Shown: in pieces, positions 35,146 through 44,903 of the stretch
How positions within the stretch are numbered: position 1 is the first letter of the stretch
Layout of the letters: the number at the start of each line of letters is the position of its first letter
Assembly (NCBI GenBank): GCA_038997355.1
Contig: JAWBAC010000002.1
Span: forward strand, 1-55,934
Direction of reading: 5' to 3'
Origin: Candidatus Aenigmatarchaeota archaeon
GTDB taxonomy: Archaea; Aenigmatarchaeota; Aenigmatarchaeia; CG10238-14; SpSt-28
DNA length: 55,934 nt
The notes under the pieces: generated by a model
Databases searched by the model: none
What the model saw: only the letters and a program-made list of their open reading frames with translations
What the model was told of the DNA's origin: nothing
Program-made: the position numbers and the translations under genes

Positions 35146-37583
35146 AAGAACTTAGCTAAAGAGGTTTGTTTAGTTCCTCTTAATATATCGCTTTCACTAA
35201 CATTTAAAACTGAAAGCACTCTTAAAGCTGCAGGTAATATTTGATTTGAAATATAATATTCAACATCCACATCTTCTTTTTTTACAAACAGAGCATATTC
35301 AGCTTTTTCAGAAATAGAACTTCCAAACTTAGTTATTACAAAAGGTATTATACTCCCTTCGGATATTTTTATTCCTCTTTGTATAGCTTTTTTTGCTGCA
35401 ATAACATGAGGGCTTATTTGTTTGTACTCACTAATGTTTTTTGTTAATTGTTCATATATGGTTACATCTTCTAACTTAAACTCATAATTTCTTAATTTTT
35501 GAATTACATTTCTAACATATTCTATAGCTTTTTTAACATCATTCTCTTTAAGTACTATTTCTAGAACATCTCTTTGTACAATTTTTGCTAATTTACACCA
35601 ATCTCTTCTTACAGTTTCGAAACCTCTAATCTCTAAGGAACCATCTTCACTTAATAAGGCATATCTCTTTTTAGCACCAGCTTCTTTCTCTCTCTTCTTT
35701 ACAAAAATTCCTCTGACATAAAAACCTCTAAATTCTAATTCCATTTTACTTTTCAAAGAAGAATTCACTAAATTTAAAAAGTTTTGTGCAGATTTTATAA
35801 AATCTTCTTTATTGAGCTTTGAAGTTATCATTAAAGAATCTGTATCTCCATATATTATTTCAAAATCGAAATTCTTAGCTAATTCAGCAACTTTTTTAAT
35901 ATAGCTTCTTTCGAATGCTGTAACACTTTCTGCACATTCTCTTTTATACCATCTCGCACCAACATAACCCAAATATCCATATGTTGCGTTTGCAAGAATT
36001 TTTAGAGAATACTGTAAAGCATCTAGTAATTTATATTCTTCACTATTTTTATCTAAATTTTTCATTAACTTTTTTATTCTTGCCCTTTCATCAATTAAAA
36101 ATTCTAAATGCTTAGGTATGAAACCTTTTCTTAATGTACAAAAGTGATAGTTTAGTTCTGGCACTTTATTTTCTGCTTTACAAACTTCATGCTCACAATT
36201 AAAAGTATCTATTGAAATGTTGTGTGCAACTATTATTGTAGGATATAGAGATTTAAAATCAAGCACAATTATATTTTCATGTATTCCTGTTTTTGGCTCA
36301 AAAACAAAAGCACCTTTATATGGAGCTTTTAATCTTCTTATTTGTAATTCTTCGTGCTTAGGTCTATTAGGCGCAATTTGATTATCATAGTATGCGTTTT
36401 TTAGAAGATATGCTTCTACTAGCTGAGAATATGTATTTCTACAAACATCAAACAAGCTTAATGATGTTAGTTTAGATAAAGCTATCATTTGCGGTAAAAA
36501 TATTTCTAAAAGCTTTAATACTAATTCACAATCCCAAACATTGTATTCTATTGCTTTTCTTATATCAACTCCTTGTTTAAATATAAGTTGCATTTCCTCA
36601 AAGCTTAACTCTTTTTTTCCATAGCCCAAAAATTCTTTTGCTACAGCATCTAAGGTTAAAACTTCAGTTTTTATGTTTGGAGATAAAATATGATCAACAA
36701 AAACGTATAAATCCAAATAAACTCTTCCAGGAATTTTAAAAGATTTTACCCAACCTCTCTTTACAGCTTTTATTTTTGAATTTTCTTTACCTATGTTTAA
36801 TTCTAATCCATATTTTTCTGCTTTTTCTTTTAATAAAGGTATATCGAAACCATCCGTATTATATCCAACCAGAATGTCTGGATCCTTTTCTTTTATTATC
36901 TCTATAAATCTTTTTATTAATTCTTTTTCTGTTTTAAAATTTTCTACATTATCAAATTTTTCTCCAAAATCCAAACTTAGTGTTATTTTATATCCATCGT
37001 TTCCAACTATAGATATTAATGCAATCTTTTCAGAATCTTTTTCTTCAAAGATTTCAATATCAAATGCATATATTTTTAATTTTGGTAGTTTGTTAATTTC
37101 TATTTTTTCAATCTTTTCTGCCAAAATCTTTTCATCTTTTTTTATTCCATAAACTTTTAACCAACTTGAAGGCAAAACATTATTATCAATTAAAAATCTT
37201 CTGTAAAAAGGAATATCATATTCAAAAGTTTCTAAAACTTCGCTAAAATTATCTTTTATAAATTTCCTTACTTTTGGGATTTTTCTAGGATTGTTAATAG
37301 TAATTTTTATTACTTTCACTTCTTTTCCCAAAAACTCTTTTCTTAATATTTCAACATTTTCTATTTTTGCTTCTGGAATTTTTGTTTTTTTAATTTTTTC
37401 TATAAATTCTGGAATTAACTCTTCTTTAACTAATACATAGAAATATGGCAAAAAGCCTTTATAATATACAACTAAATTATTACCTTCTAAATCTTTACAA
37501 AACATTCTTATTATTGGCTTAAATTCTTTAGTAAGTACATAGTCAATATCTAATAGAAATACTTCTTTTTCTACTTTTTCCAT
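35136..37583 (-). CDS. polB: Family-B DNA polymerase (PolB-2), canonical length with C-terminal PIP box
   Basis: Exo I AFDIEI, Exo II GYNTDGFDIPLL, Exo III YNVWDCELV. Pol A DFKSLYPTIIV, Pol B KILANATYGYLGY, Pol C YGDTDS. It ends in QTSLAKFFQK (Qxx[L]xxFF). Confidence 0.95.
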   Translation of the reverse strand: MEKVEKEVFLLDIDYVLTKEFKPIIRMFCKDLEGNNLVVYYKGFLPYFYVLVKEELIPEFIEKIKKTKIPEAKIENVEILRKEFLGKEVKVIKITINNPRKIPKVRKFIKDNFSEVLETFEYDIPFYRRFLIDNNVLPSSWLKVYGIKKDEKILAEKIEKIEINKLPKLKIYAFDIEIFEEKDSEKIALISIVGNDGYKITLSLDFGEKFDNVENFKTEKELIKRFIEIIKEKDPDILVGYNTDGFDIPLLKEKAEKYGLELNIGKENSKIKAVKRGWVKSFKIPGRVYLDLYVFVDHILSPNIKTEVLTLDAVAKEFLGYGKKELSFEEMQLIFKQGVDIRKAIEYNVWDCELVLKLLEIFLPQMIALSKLTSLSLFDVCRNTYSQLVEAYLLKNAYYDNQIAPNRPKHEELQIRRLKAPYKGAFVFEPKTGIHENIIVLDFKSLYPTIIVAHNISIDTFNCEHEVCKAENKVPELNYHFCTLRKGFIPKHLEFLIDERARIKKLMKNLDKNSEEYKLLDALQYSLKILANATYGYLGYVGARWYKRECAESVTAFERSYIKKVAELAKNFDFEIIYGDTDSLMITSKLNKEDFIKSAQNFLNLVNSSLKSKMELEFRGFYVRGIFVKKREKEAGAKKRYALLSEDGSLEIRGFETVRRDWCKLAKIVQRDVLEIVLKENDVKKAIEYVRNVIQKLRNYEFKLEDVTIYEQLTKNISEYKQISPHVIAAKKAIQRGIKISEGSIIPFVITKFGSSISEKAEYALFVKKEDVDVEYYISNQILPAALRVLSVLNVSESDILRGTKQTSLAKFFQK

Positions 37584-37602
37584 AAATTATTTAATTGTTT
37601 TT

Positions 37603-38283
37603 ATGGAAATAGCAATTTTATTCACAGGCGGAAAAGATTCTACTTATACAGTTTATAAAGCAATAGAGGATGGATTTAAAGTAAAAAGATTAATAACTAT
37701 AAGACCAAAAAAAGAAGATTCTTACATGTTTCACACACCTTCTTTAGAATTTGCCAAGATTCAAGCAGAATTAATGAATATCGAGCATGTTTATTTAGAT
37801 GTTAGCGGAGAAAAAGAAGTTGAAGTTGAAGAAGCAATAGAAAAAATAAAAGATTTTGTAAAAGATGTTAAATTTTTAGGTATAGGTGGAATTAGAAGCA
37901 AATATCAGCTTGAACGATTCGAAAAAATTGCAAAATCTTTAAATTTAAAACTTTATGTACCTCTTTTAAATATAGATTGCATTCAACATTGGAAGAATCT
38001 TTTATCAAAAAAATTTAAAGTCATAATAACTAGTGTTAATGCTTATGGATTAGATGAAAGTTTCTTAGCAAAAATTGTTGACGAGCATTTACTTAATAAA
38101 TTAATAGAAAAATCAAAGATTTTTGGTTTTGATTTGTGTTTTGAAGGAGGGGAAGCAGAAACATTAGTTTTAGATTGTCCATTATTTTCCAAAGAAATCG
38201 TTATCGAAGATTATGAAATAATAAAAGAAAATCTTTCTGCCAGAGTTTTAATAAAAAAATATAGTTTAAAATCCAAACTTTAA
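37603..38283 (+). CDS. Diphthine-ammonia ligase-like PP-loop ATPase (Dph6/MJ0570 family)
   Basis: MEIAILFTGGKDSTY PP-loop motif and ~225-aa size. Confidence 0.8.
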   Translation: MEIAILFTGGKDSTYTVYKAIEDGFKVKRLITIRPKKEDSYMFHTPSLEFAKIQAELMNIEHVYLDVSGEKEVEVEEAIEKIKDFVKDVKFLGIGGIRSKYQLERFEKIAKSLNLKLYVPLLNIDCIQHWKNLLSKKFKVIITSVNAYGLDESFLAKIVDEHLLNKLIEKSKIFGFDLCFEGGEAETLVLDCPLFSKEIVIEDYEIIKENLSARVLIKKYSLKSKL

Positions 38284-38594
38284 ACCAATTTTATATTAAC
38301 TTGAATTTCTTTTCCAAAATCTATTCTCATAATTTGCTTTAGTGCTCTTTCATCTGGTTGTAAATATATTAATCTTTTGTGAATTCTCATTTCCCAAACT
38401 TCCCATGTTGCATTTCCATGACCAGTACCGTCTTTAATGTTTGCCATTGTATAAACTTTTAATCTTCTTGTTGGTAAAGGTATAGGCCCTTTATACATTA
38501 TTCCATATTTCTTTGCAATGCTAATTATCTCTTCACAAACTCTTTTTAATTCGTTCAAATCTCTACTTGCGAGTTTTATTATTATCTTATCCAT
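38280..38594 (-). CDS. rps10: Ribosomal protein S10 (uS10)
   Basis: IKLASRDLNELKRVCEEII...GPIPLPTRRLKV...WEMRIHKRLIYL. Confidence 0.93.
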   Translation of the reverse strand: MDKIIIKLASRDLNELKRVCEEIISIAKKYGIMYKGPIPLPTRRLKVYTMANIKDGTGHGNATWEVWEMRIHKRLIYLQPDERALKQIMRIDFGKEIQVNIKLV

Positions 38595-38739
38595 AAATAT
38601 TTCTATTAAATATAAATATGCTTAAAAATTAAAATTTTTCGTTCAATAAAATATATAAAAAAGTAGAGAAATTAATATATATGGGTAACGTCAATAAATA
38701 AATATTCGAACCTTCATAAACTCACTGCTCGGTAATAAC

Positions 38740-39855
38740 ATGGAGATAACAAAACTAAAATGCAAAGTTTGTGGAAGTGAAAATATAATTCAAGATTCAT
38801 CTACTGGCGAGTATGTTTGTAGTAATTGTGGTGCTGTTGTTGAAGAAAACATTATAGATCTAAGTCAAGAATGGAGAGCATTTAGTAGCGAGCAACTTGA
38901 AAGAAGAGCAAGAACAGGAAGTCCATTATCTGTTGTTAAGCATGATAAAGGTTTGTCCACACAAATTGGTAAAGGTTCTGCTGAATTGTATAAAGTTCCA
39001 ACAGAAAAAAGATTTCAATATTACAGATTAACTCAATTAAGTAAAAGATTAAGCAGCTCTAAAGACAGAAATTTAAGTTATGCTATATCTGAATTACAAA
39101 GAATAGTTTCTGCTTTACAATTACCAAAGAGCGTATTAGAAAGAGCAGCTATGTATCACGAGCAATTAATAAGTAGAGGTGCAATAAGAGGTAGAAGTAT
39201 AGAAAGTATTGTAGCTTCCTTAGTTTATTATGCAGCAAAAGAATTACATACTCCAAGAACTTTTGATGAAATTGCTGAAGTTGTTGGAATAGATAAGAGA
39301 GAGTTAGGAAGAGCTTATAGATTTGTAGCAAGAGAGCTTGGACTAAGAATTTTACCAGCAGATGCAAGCGATTATATTCCAAGATTTTGTAGTTTAATTG
39401 GAGTAAGTGAAAAAGTTCAAAAAAGAGCATTTGAAATTTTAGAACAAGCAAGAAAAGCTGGAATTGTTAGCGGCAAAGGACCTACCGGAGTAGCTGCTGC
39501 TGTAATATTCATAGCAAGTTTATTAGAAGGCGAAAGAAAATCTCAAAGAGAAATTGCTGAAAAATGTAAATTAACAGAGGTAACGATTAGAAATAGATAC
39601 AAAGAAATAATTGAAAGATTAGGATTAGAAAACATAATAAGAGAAAAAGAGAAAGAATTAGAAGAATTAGAAAAAGCCAAAGCAGAAGAAGTTAAAAAAG
39701 AAGAAAAATCTGTAATTCCACTATTATCAAAGGAAGAAGAAAAAGAAGAGAAAAAAGAGAAAAAGGTAGAAAAGAAAGAGAAAAAAGAAGAGGTAAAGAA
39801 AAAAGAAAAAAAGAGTAAAGCAAAGAAATCTAAATCAAAAAAAGGAAAGAAATAA
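38740..39855 (+). CDS. tfb: Transcription initiation factor TFB with a 75-aa K/E-rich C-terminal tail
   Basis: Zinc ribbon CKVCGS...CSNCG, B-reader/linker, two cyclin repeats (RGRSIESIVASLVYYAAK, GKGPTGVAAAVIFIAS). A low-complexity tail follows from about nt 39628. Confidence 0.95.
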   Translation: MEITKLKCKVCGSENIIQDSSTGEYVCSNCGAVVEENIIDLSQEWRAFSSEQLERRARTGSPLSVVKHDKGLSTQIGKGSAELYKVPTEKRFQYYRLTQLSKRLSSSKDRNLSYAISELQRIVSALQLPKSVLERAAMYHEQLISRGAIRGRSIESIVASLVYYAAKELHTPRTFDEIAEVVGIDKRELGRAYRFVARELGLRILPADASDYIPRFCSLIGVSEKVQKRAFEILEQARKAGIVSGKGPTGVAAAVIFIASLLEGERKSQREIAEKCKLTEVTIRNRYKEIIERLGLENIIREKEKELEELEKAKAEEVKKEEKSVIPLLSKEEEKEEKKEKKVEKKEKKEEVKKKEKKSKAKKSKSKKGKK

Positions 39856-39861
39856 ATTTTG

Positions 39862-40404
39862 ATGATTTTTAAGTGTCCATATTGTAATGAAGAGCTAAAA
39901 ACTATTTTTGAAGAAAAAAAGATAAAATACTTTGGAAGAGTTCTATTCTATACAATTTATTGTGAAAAGTGCGGATTTAAATTTTCAGACGAATTTACTT
40001 TAGATGTCAAAGAACCAAAAGCATATTATCTTAAGGTTGAAAACGAAAATGATTTGTTTGCAAAAATAGTTAGAGGAAGTAATGGATATGTTGAAATTAA
40101 AGAGTTAGGGATAAAACTAATTCCTGGTGCTTTTTCAAAGTCTTTCATTAAGAACGTAGAAGGTTTTTTAAACGATGTAGAAGATATAATAAAATCTCAG
40201 CTAAAAAATCTTAGTGGGAAAAAATTAGAAAAGGCGAAAAAGCTTTTAGAAGAAATAGAAAAAATGAAAAGATTAGAAAAGAAATTTACTATAGTAGTTA
40301 AGGATGTTACTGGCATTTCAAAGATTATTTCAAAAAAAGCAAAAGTAAGAAAATTAACTGAAAAAGAAATAAAAAAATTAAAAACATCGATAACTTATTT
40401 ATGA
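39862..40404 (+). CDS. ZPR1-type zinc-finger protein
   Basis: CPYC...CEKCG four-Cys motif followed by a beta-rich domain. The track start at 39859 is a TTG, and an ATG follows immediately at 39862. Confidence 0.7.
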   Translation: MIFKCPYCNEELKTIFEEKKIKYFGRVLFYTIYCEKCGFKFSDEFTLDVKEPKAYYLKVENENDLFAKIVRGSNGYVEIKELGIKLIPGAFSKSFIKNVEGFLNDVEDIIKSQLKNLSGKKLEKAKKLLEEIEKMKRLEKKFTIVVKDVTGISKIISKKAKVRKLTEKEIKKLKTSITYL

Positions 40405-42056
40405 AATACTTAATAACTGCAGCATTACCATATACTAATAATTTACCTCATCTAGGAAACATTGCAGGTTCTCATTTACCTGCAGATATTTATCAAAAAC
40501 TTCTAAAATTATTAGGAAATGATGTAGTTTTTATTGGAGGTACTGATGAGCATGGAAGTCCTATAGAAATAGCTGCATTAAAAGAAAAAGTTAGTCCAAA
40601 AGAATTATGTGATAAGTATTATGTTTTGCATAAAAAAATATACGATTGGTTAAGAATAGACTACGATAATTTTGGTAGAACTTCTAATAAAATAAATCAT
40701 GAAATGACTCAATACATATTTAAAAAGCTTTATGAAAATGGATATATCTTTGAAAGTTCGATAATTTTACCATATTGCGAATTTGATAAAAGATTTTTGC
40801 CAGATAGATATGTTATAGGTACTTGTCCTTATTGTAAATACGAGAAAGCAAGAGGAGATCAATGTGAAAATTGTGGAAAATTATTGGATCCAAAAGATCT
40901 AATAGATCCAAAATGTGCTATATGTGGCAATTCTCCAACATTCAAAGAATCTAAACATTTATTTTTTGATCTTCCAAAATTAGAGAGAAAACTACTAAAA
41001 TGGATACAAAAAAATAAACATTGGAAAGAAAATGTAAAAAATTTTGCATTAAGCTGGCTAAAAGAGGGATTAAAAGCCAGAAGTATTTCTAGAGATTTAA
41101 CTTGGGGTATAAAAATTCCCTTAGAAGGCTATGAAGACAAGGTATTTTATGTTTGGTTTGACGCTCCAATTGGTTACATTTCTTCAACAATAGAATATTT
41201 TGAGAAAATTGGAAAAAAAGATGAATGGAAAAATTATTGGTTAAAAAATTCTAAAGCAAGAATAGTTCATTTTTTAGGTAAAGATAACATACCATTTCAT
41301 ACTATTTTTTGGCCTGCAATGCTAATGGGAACAAAAGAATTTAATTTGCCTTATTATGTTTTTGGTTTAGAATATTTGAATTTCGAAGGCAGAAAAATTT
41401 CTAAAAGCCAAAATTGGGGCGTATTCTTAGAAATAGAAGATGAAAAAATAAAATTGAGAATATTAGCAAACAATCAAGACAAAAAATTCGAAGTCGATCC
41501 AGATTACATAAGATTCTACTTATCATTAATCTTACCAGAAAATAAAGATTCTAGTTTTTCTGTAAAAGAGTTTGTAGAAAAAATAAACAAAGAACTTATA
41601 GGAAATTTTGGAAATTTCGTGTATAGAGTTTTGAGTTTTGTAGAAAAGTATTATAACTTAGAGATACCCAAAACAAAAGCAGATAAAGATATTTTAAAAG
41701 TTTTCAAAGATGCAAAAAAAGAAATAAAAGATTTAGTGAAAAAATTTGAAATAAAGAAAGTTTTAATGAAGGTTTTAGAACTTTCATATCTTTCTAACAA
41801 ATATTTTCAAGAAAACGAGCCATGGAAAAATCAAGAAAAAAGAGACGAGGTAATTTTAACATCTGTTAATTTAGTAAAAGATTTAGCAATTCTCTTCTGG
41901 CCATATATAACAAATTCCTCTGAAAAAATTTTCAAAATGATAAATTACGAATTCATCGCAAAGGGAGCAATAAAAAGGATTGGAAAAATAGAATTAAAAG
42001 ATACAAAAATTAACAAGCCAGAAATTATTTTCAAACCTCTTGAAATAAATATTTAA
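40401..42056 (+). CDS. metG: Methionyl-tRNA synthetase
   Basis: ALPYTNNLPHLGNIAGS (HIGH region). Zinc knuckles CPYC...CENCG and CAICG. KISKSQ (KMSKS). Confidence 0.95.
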   Translation: MKYLITAALPYTNNLPHLGNIAGSHLPADIYQKLLKLLGNDVVFIGGTDEHGSPIEIAALKEKVSPKELCDKYYVLHKKIYDWLRIDYDNFGRTSNKINHEMTQYIFKKLYENGYIFESSIILPYCEFDKRFLPDRYVIGTCPYCKYEKARGDQCENCGKLLDPKDLIDPKCAICGNSPTFKESKHLFFDLPKLERKLLKWIQKNKHWKENVKNFALSWLKEGLKARSISRDLTWGIKIPLEGYEDKVFYVWFDAPIGYISSTIEYFEKIGKKDEWKNYWLKNSKARIVHFLGKDNIPFHTIFWPAMLMGTKEFNLPYYVFGLEYLNFEGRKISKSQNWGVFLEIEDEKIKLRILANNQDKKFEVDPDYIRFYLSLILPENKDSSFSVKEFVEKINKELIGNFGNFVYRVLSFVEKYYNLEIPKTKADKDILKVFKDAKKEIKDLVKKFEIKKVLMKVLELSYLSNKYFQENEPWKNQEKRDEVILTSVNLVKDLAILFWPYITNSSEKIFKMINYEFIAKGAIKRIGKIELKDTKINKPEIIFKPLEINI

Positions 42057-42769
42057 TCTTTTTTGTATTTTGGAATATTTCTTAATGCGTCAAACATCGC
42101 TTGAATTAAATTCATATGTTGTTTAGTTCTTCCAAAAGTTTTACTCCAAACATCTTTTATTCCTGCTAATCTAAACAATTTTTTGCTTTCATCATCAACA
42201 ACCAATCCAGTACCTCTTGGTGCTGGCATTAATTCTACTTTTACACTTCCGCTCTTTCCATATGTTTTCCATGGGATTGAATGCTCTTCATTACAAGCAC
42301 ATTCCCAGCTACCGCAGCCTCTATATACTTTAATTATGTTTAGTTTTGCTTTTCTTAAAGCTTTTAAATATGCGCTTCTTCCATCTTTACCCTTTCCTCT
42401 TCCTATGCCAACGTGCCCATTTCCATCACCTACAATAACCATTACACTATATCTAGTTCTTCTACCGCTAGCAGTAACTTTTTGGCTTCTCTTTATGGGT
42501 ATTCTTTTTCCAGCACCACCTTTTGTACCTCCTTTACCTATTAAAACAAATTCTACTTTTAAATTTGGTAATAAAATATCAACGATTTCTGGCTCTAATA
42601 TTTTCATGTTTTTTTCTAATATTTCATCTATAGACTTTATTTTCCCTTCTAGAACCATTTTTCCAAGTTTTGTTCTAGGTTTCCAATTAGCTAAGCTTTC
42701 AGGTAAAGGAAGCTTAATTTCTTCCTGCTGTTCTTGAACTTCTTCTTTTTGCTCAGTTATCTCAACCAT
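42053..42769 (-). CDS. rps5: Ribosomal protein S5 (uS5)
   Basis: RRTRYSVMVIVGDGNGHVGIGRGKGKD and C-terminal GTGLVVD blocks. Confidence 0.93.
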   Translation of the reverse strand: MVEITEQKEEVQEQQEEIKLPLPESLANWKPRTKLGKMVLEGKIKSIDEILEKNMKILEPEIVDILLPNLKVEFVLIGKGGTKGGAGKRIPIKRSQKVTASGRRTRYSVMVIVGDGNGHVGIGRGKGKDGRSAYLKALRKAKLNIIKVYRGCGSWECACNEEHSIPWKTYGKSGSVKVELMPAPRGTGLVVDDESKKLFRLAGIKDVWSKTFGRTKQHMNLIQAMFDALRNIPKYKKD

Positions 42770-43289
42770 AATCTTTTAAAATTTGTTCTTTAACTTTATA
42801 AAAATCTTGAGTTATGTTTTTGAACTTTTCTAAATAACTCGCTATATGTTTACCTTCGATTCTATCTTGCGAAGGTAATATTTCTTCGCTATGAGGTATT
42901 TTCAATCCAGCATCTACAGCACCTTTTAAAACAGCATATATTCTATTACCTTTTGTGCTTCTATTTAGACCTATATCTAAAATCGCTTCTTGAATTCCAT
43001 ACTTTAGTGCAAGTTTACCTATTATTAACCCAGTTAAATATGCAGCAGGCAAATTTTTGCAAGAATATTGCCAGTTATATTTATCTTTTAAAATCTTTGA
43101 TGTAATGCCAATTATAGTATAATCTTGAGCTTCTTTTGATTTAACTAATTGAGCAATAATATATCTATTTGTTTTTCTTACAACCAATCTTACTTTTCCG
43201 CTTTTTAATAATCCTATTCTTTGTCTATAATCTGTTTTAAACTTTCTTCTTCTTTTATATGGCATTTTATAAGTTGTTTTTTGAACCAT
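42762..43289 (-). CDS. rpl18: Ribosomal protein L18 (uL18)
   Basis: RRRKFKTDYRQRIGLLKSGKVRLVVRKTNRYIIAQL and its position between L19e and S5. Confidence 0.9.
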   Translation of the reverse strand: MVQKTTYKMPYKRRRKFKTDYRQRIGLLKSGKVRLVVRKTNRYIIAQLVKSKEAQDYTIIGITSKILKDKYNWQYSCKNLPAAYLTGLIIGKLALKYGIQEAILDIGLNRSTKGNRIYAVLKGAVDAGLKIPHSEEILPSQDRIEGKHIASYLEKFKNITQDFYKVKEQILKDYG

Positions 43290-43290
43290 T

Positions 43291-43713
43291 TTATTTGTTT
43301 TCTTCTTTTAATAGTTTATGGGTTTCTAAATATAATTTTAAGTGAGAAACGCTTCTGAAATATCCACCCTTTATTAATCTTCTTAACTCTCTATAAGTTT
43401 TATTATCTATCTTTCCTTCTTCTTTTAATTTTTTGATAAATCTTCTTAATGGTCTAACTCTATTTATCCACTTTCTTTTTCTAGAAATTATTGAGTATTT
43501 ACCACCTTTTCTTACTGGCTTCTTTTCTTTTTCCTTTTTCCAATGTAAGAAATCTCTTTTTACCTTTATTATACCTCTAAATATTAATTTTTTAACGTCA
43601 GCAGCAGTAATTGCTTTTTCAGCTTCATCTAATTTATTTGGATCTATCCAAATCTTGCTTTTTCCAACCTTCAATATTCTTGCTGCAAGCCTTTTTACAG
43701 TAGTGAGCGCCAT
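43291..43713 (-). CDS. rpl19e: Ribosomal protein L19e
   Basis: KRLAARILKVGKSKIWIDPN, a basic C-terminal half, and the conserved L19e-L18-S5 order. Confidence 0.9.
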   Translation of the reverse strand: MALTTVKRLAARILKVGKSKIWIDPNKLDEAEKAITAADVKKLIFRGIIKVKRDFLHWKKEKEKKPVRKGGKYSIISRKRKWINRVRPLRRFIKKLKEEGKIDNKTYRELRRLIKGGYFRSVSHLKLYLETHKLLKEENK

Positions 43714-43772
43714 TAATAATATTTAAAAAATTTAAATTTAATTGAAAATAATTAAACAAGCAAAAATATATT

Positions 43773-44903
43773 ATGCTATGGGTAGTTAAATATAGACCAA
43801 AAAGTCTAAAAGAATTTGTAAATCAAAAAGAAGCAATAGAAAAATTTTTACAATGGTATAAAAATTGGAAAAACACAAAAAAAGCAGCACTATTATATGG
43901 ACCTCCTGGCATTGGAAAAAGTTGTTTCGTTGAGGCTTTTGCTAGAGATAATAATCTAGAATTAATTCAACTTAATGCTAGCGATAAAAGAGATGCAACA
44001 TCTTTAAGAAATATTCTTGGTAATTCTTCTAAGGCAATGAGTATATGGAAAAAGGGCAAAATATTCTTAATTGATGAAGTTGATGGAATTTCTACTAGAG
44101 AAGATAAAGGTGCTGTAAAGGAGTTAATAGAAATAATTAACGAATCTAAATTTCCAATAGTTTTAACAGCTAACGATCCTTTTGATCCAAAATTAAAACC
44201 TTTAAGAGAGGCTTGTGAATTAATAGAGTTTAAAAGATTGAATGTTTTTGATGTTGAGAAAAAATTAATAGAGATTTTAGAGAAAGAAGGAATTAAATAT
44301 GATAGAAGTGTTGTAAGAGAAATAGCTGCTAGAAATAATGGAGATTTAAGAGGTGCTATAAATGATTTAGAGATTGTCGCAAGAAATAAAAAAGAAATTA
44401 AAAGAGAAGATTTAGAAATTTTAGGTTATAGAGATAGAGAATCTCAAATTTTTGAAGCATTGAAAATTCTCTTTAAAACAAAATATCCTATGACAGCTAA
44501 AATGAGTATTGCAAATTTAGATATGGATCCAGAAGAAATATTTTATTGGATTGAGGAAAATATTGCAAACGAATACGAAAATATTGAAGAAATTGCAAAA
44601 GCTTATAATTCTTTAAGTTTGGCAGACTTGTTTAGAAAAAGAATAATGTTAAGACAGAATTGGAGATTTTTAGTTTATATGAATGATTTAATGACTATAG
44701 GTGTTGCATTAGCAAAGAAAGAAATGTATAGAAAATTTACAAAATATAGACCGCCAACAATTCTTAAATTATTAGCTCAAACAAAAACTTTGAGAGAAGA
44801 AGAAAAAGTAAAATATAGAGAGCTTGCTGAAAAACTACATTGTTCAGTTAGAAAATTAAAGAGTGAATATTTGCCTTATCTTTCAAAAATTATTAAAAAA
44901 TGA
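43773..44903 (+). CDS. rfcL: Replication factor C large subunit
   Basis: WVVKYRPKSLKEFVNQKE, Walker A GPPGIGKS, Walker B LIDEVDG, sensor region NGDLRGAINDLE. Confidence 0.88.
   Translation: MLWVVKYRPKSLKEFVNQKEAIEKFLQWYKNWKNTKKAALLYGPPGIGKSCFVEAFARDNNLELIQLNASDKRDATSLRNILGNSSKAMSIWKKGKIFLIDEVDGISTREDKGAVKELIEIINESKFPIVLTANDPFDPKLKPLREACELIEFKRLNVFDVEKKLIEILEKEGIKYDRSVVREIAARNNGDLRGAINDLEIVARNKKEIKREDLEILGYRDRESQIFEALKILFKTKYPMTAKMSIANLDMDPEEIFYWIEENIANEYENIEEIAKAYNSLSLADLFRKRIMLRQNWRFLVYMNDLMTIGVALAKKEMYRKFTKYRPPTILKLLAQTKTLREEEKVKYRELAEKLHCSVRKLKSEYLPYLSKIIKK

Noticed and set aside
39660-39850. A ~200-nt purine-rich low-complexity tract that looks like a simple-sequence repeat.
   Set aside because: It is in frame with TFB and encodes its K/E-rich tail, with no regular repeat unit. 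It is reported as a protein feature instead.
42183-42737. A 184-aa antisense ORF inside the S5 gene. Many similar shadow ORFs occur elsewhere (for example 401-709, 1396-1845, 3814-4116, 36793-37152, 39149-39451, 43433-43726, 48947-49282, 54676-54906).
   Set aside because: All lie entirely within confidently identified genes on the opposite strand. They have Ser/Phe/Leu/Ile-rich low-complexity compositions typical of antisense frames of K/E-rich genes, and they lack recognisable domains.
43773-44903. This AAA+ protein could be the Orc1/Cdc6 initiator, which would mark an origin.
   Set aside because: The N-terminal W..KYRP...F.GQ-type motif, DEVDG Walker B and GDLRGAINDLE sensor region are those of the RFC large subunit. 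There is no C-terminal Orc1-type winged helix.
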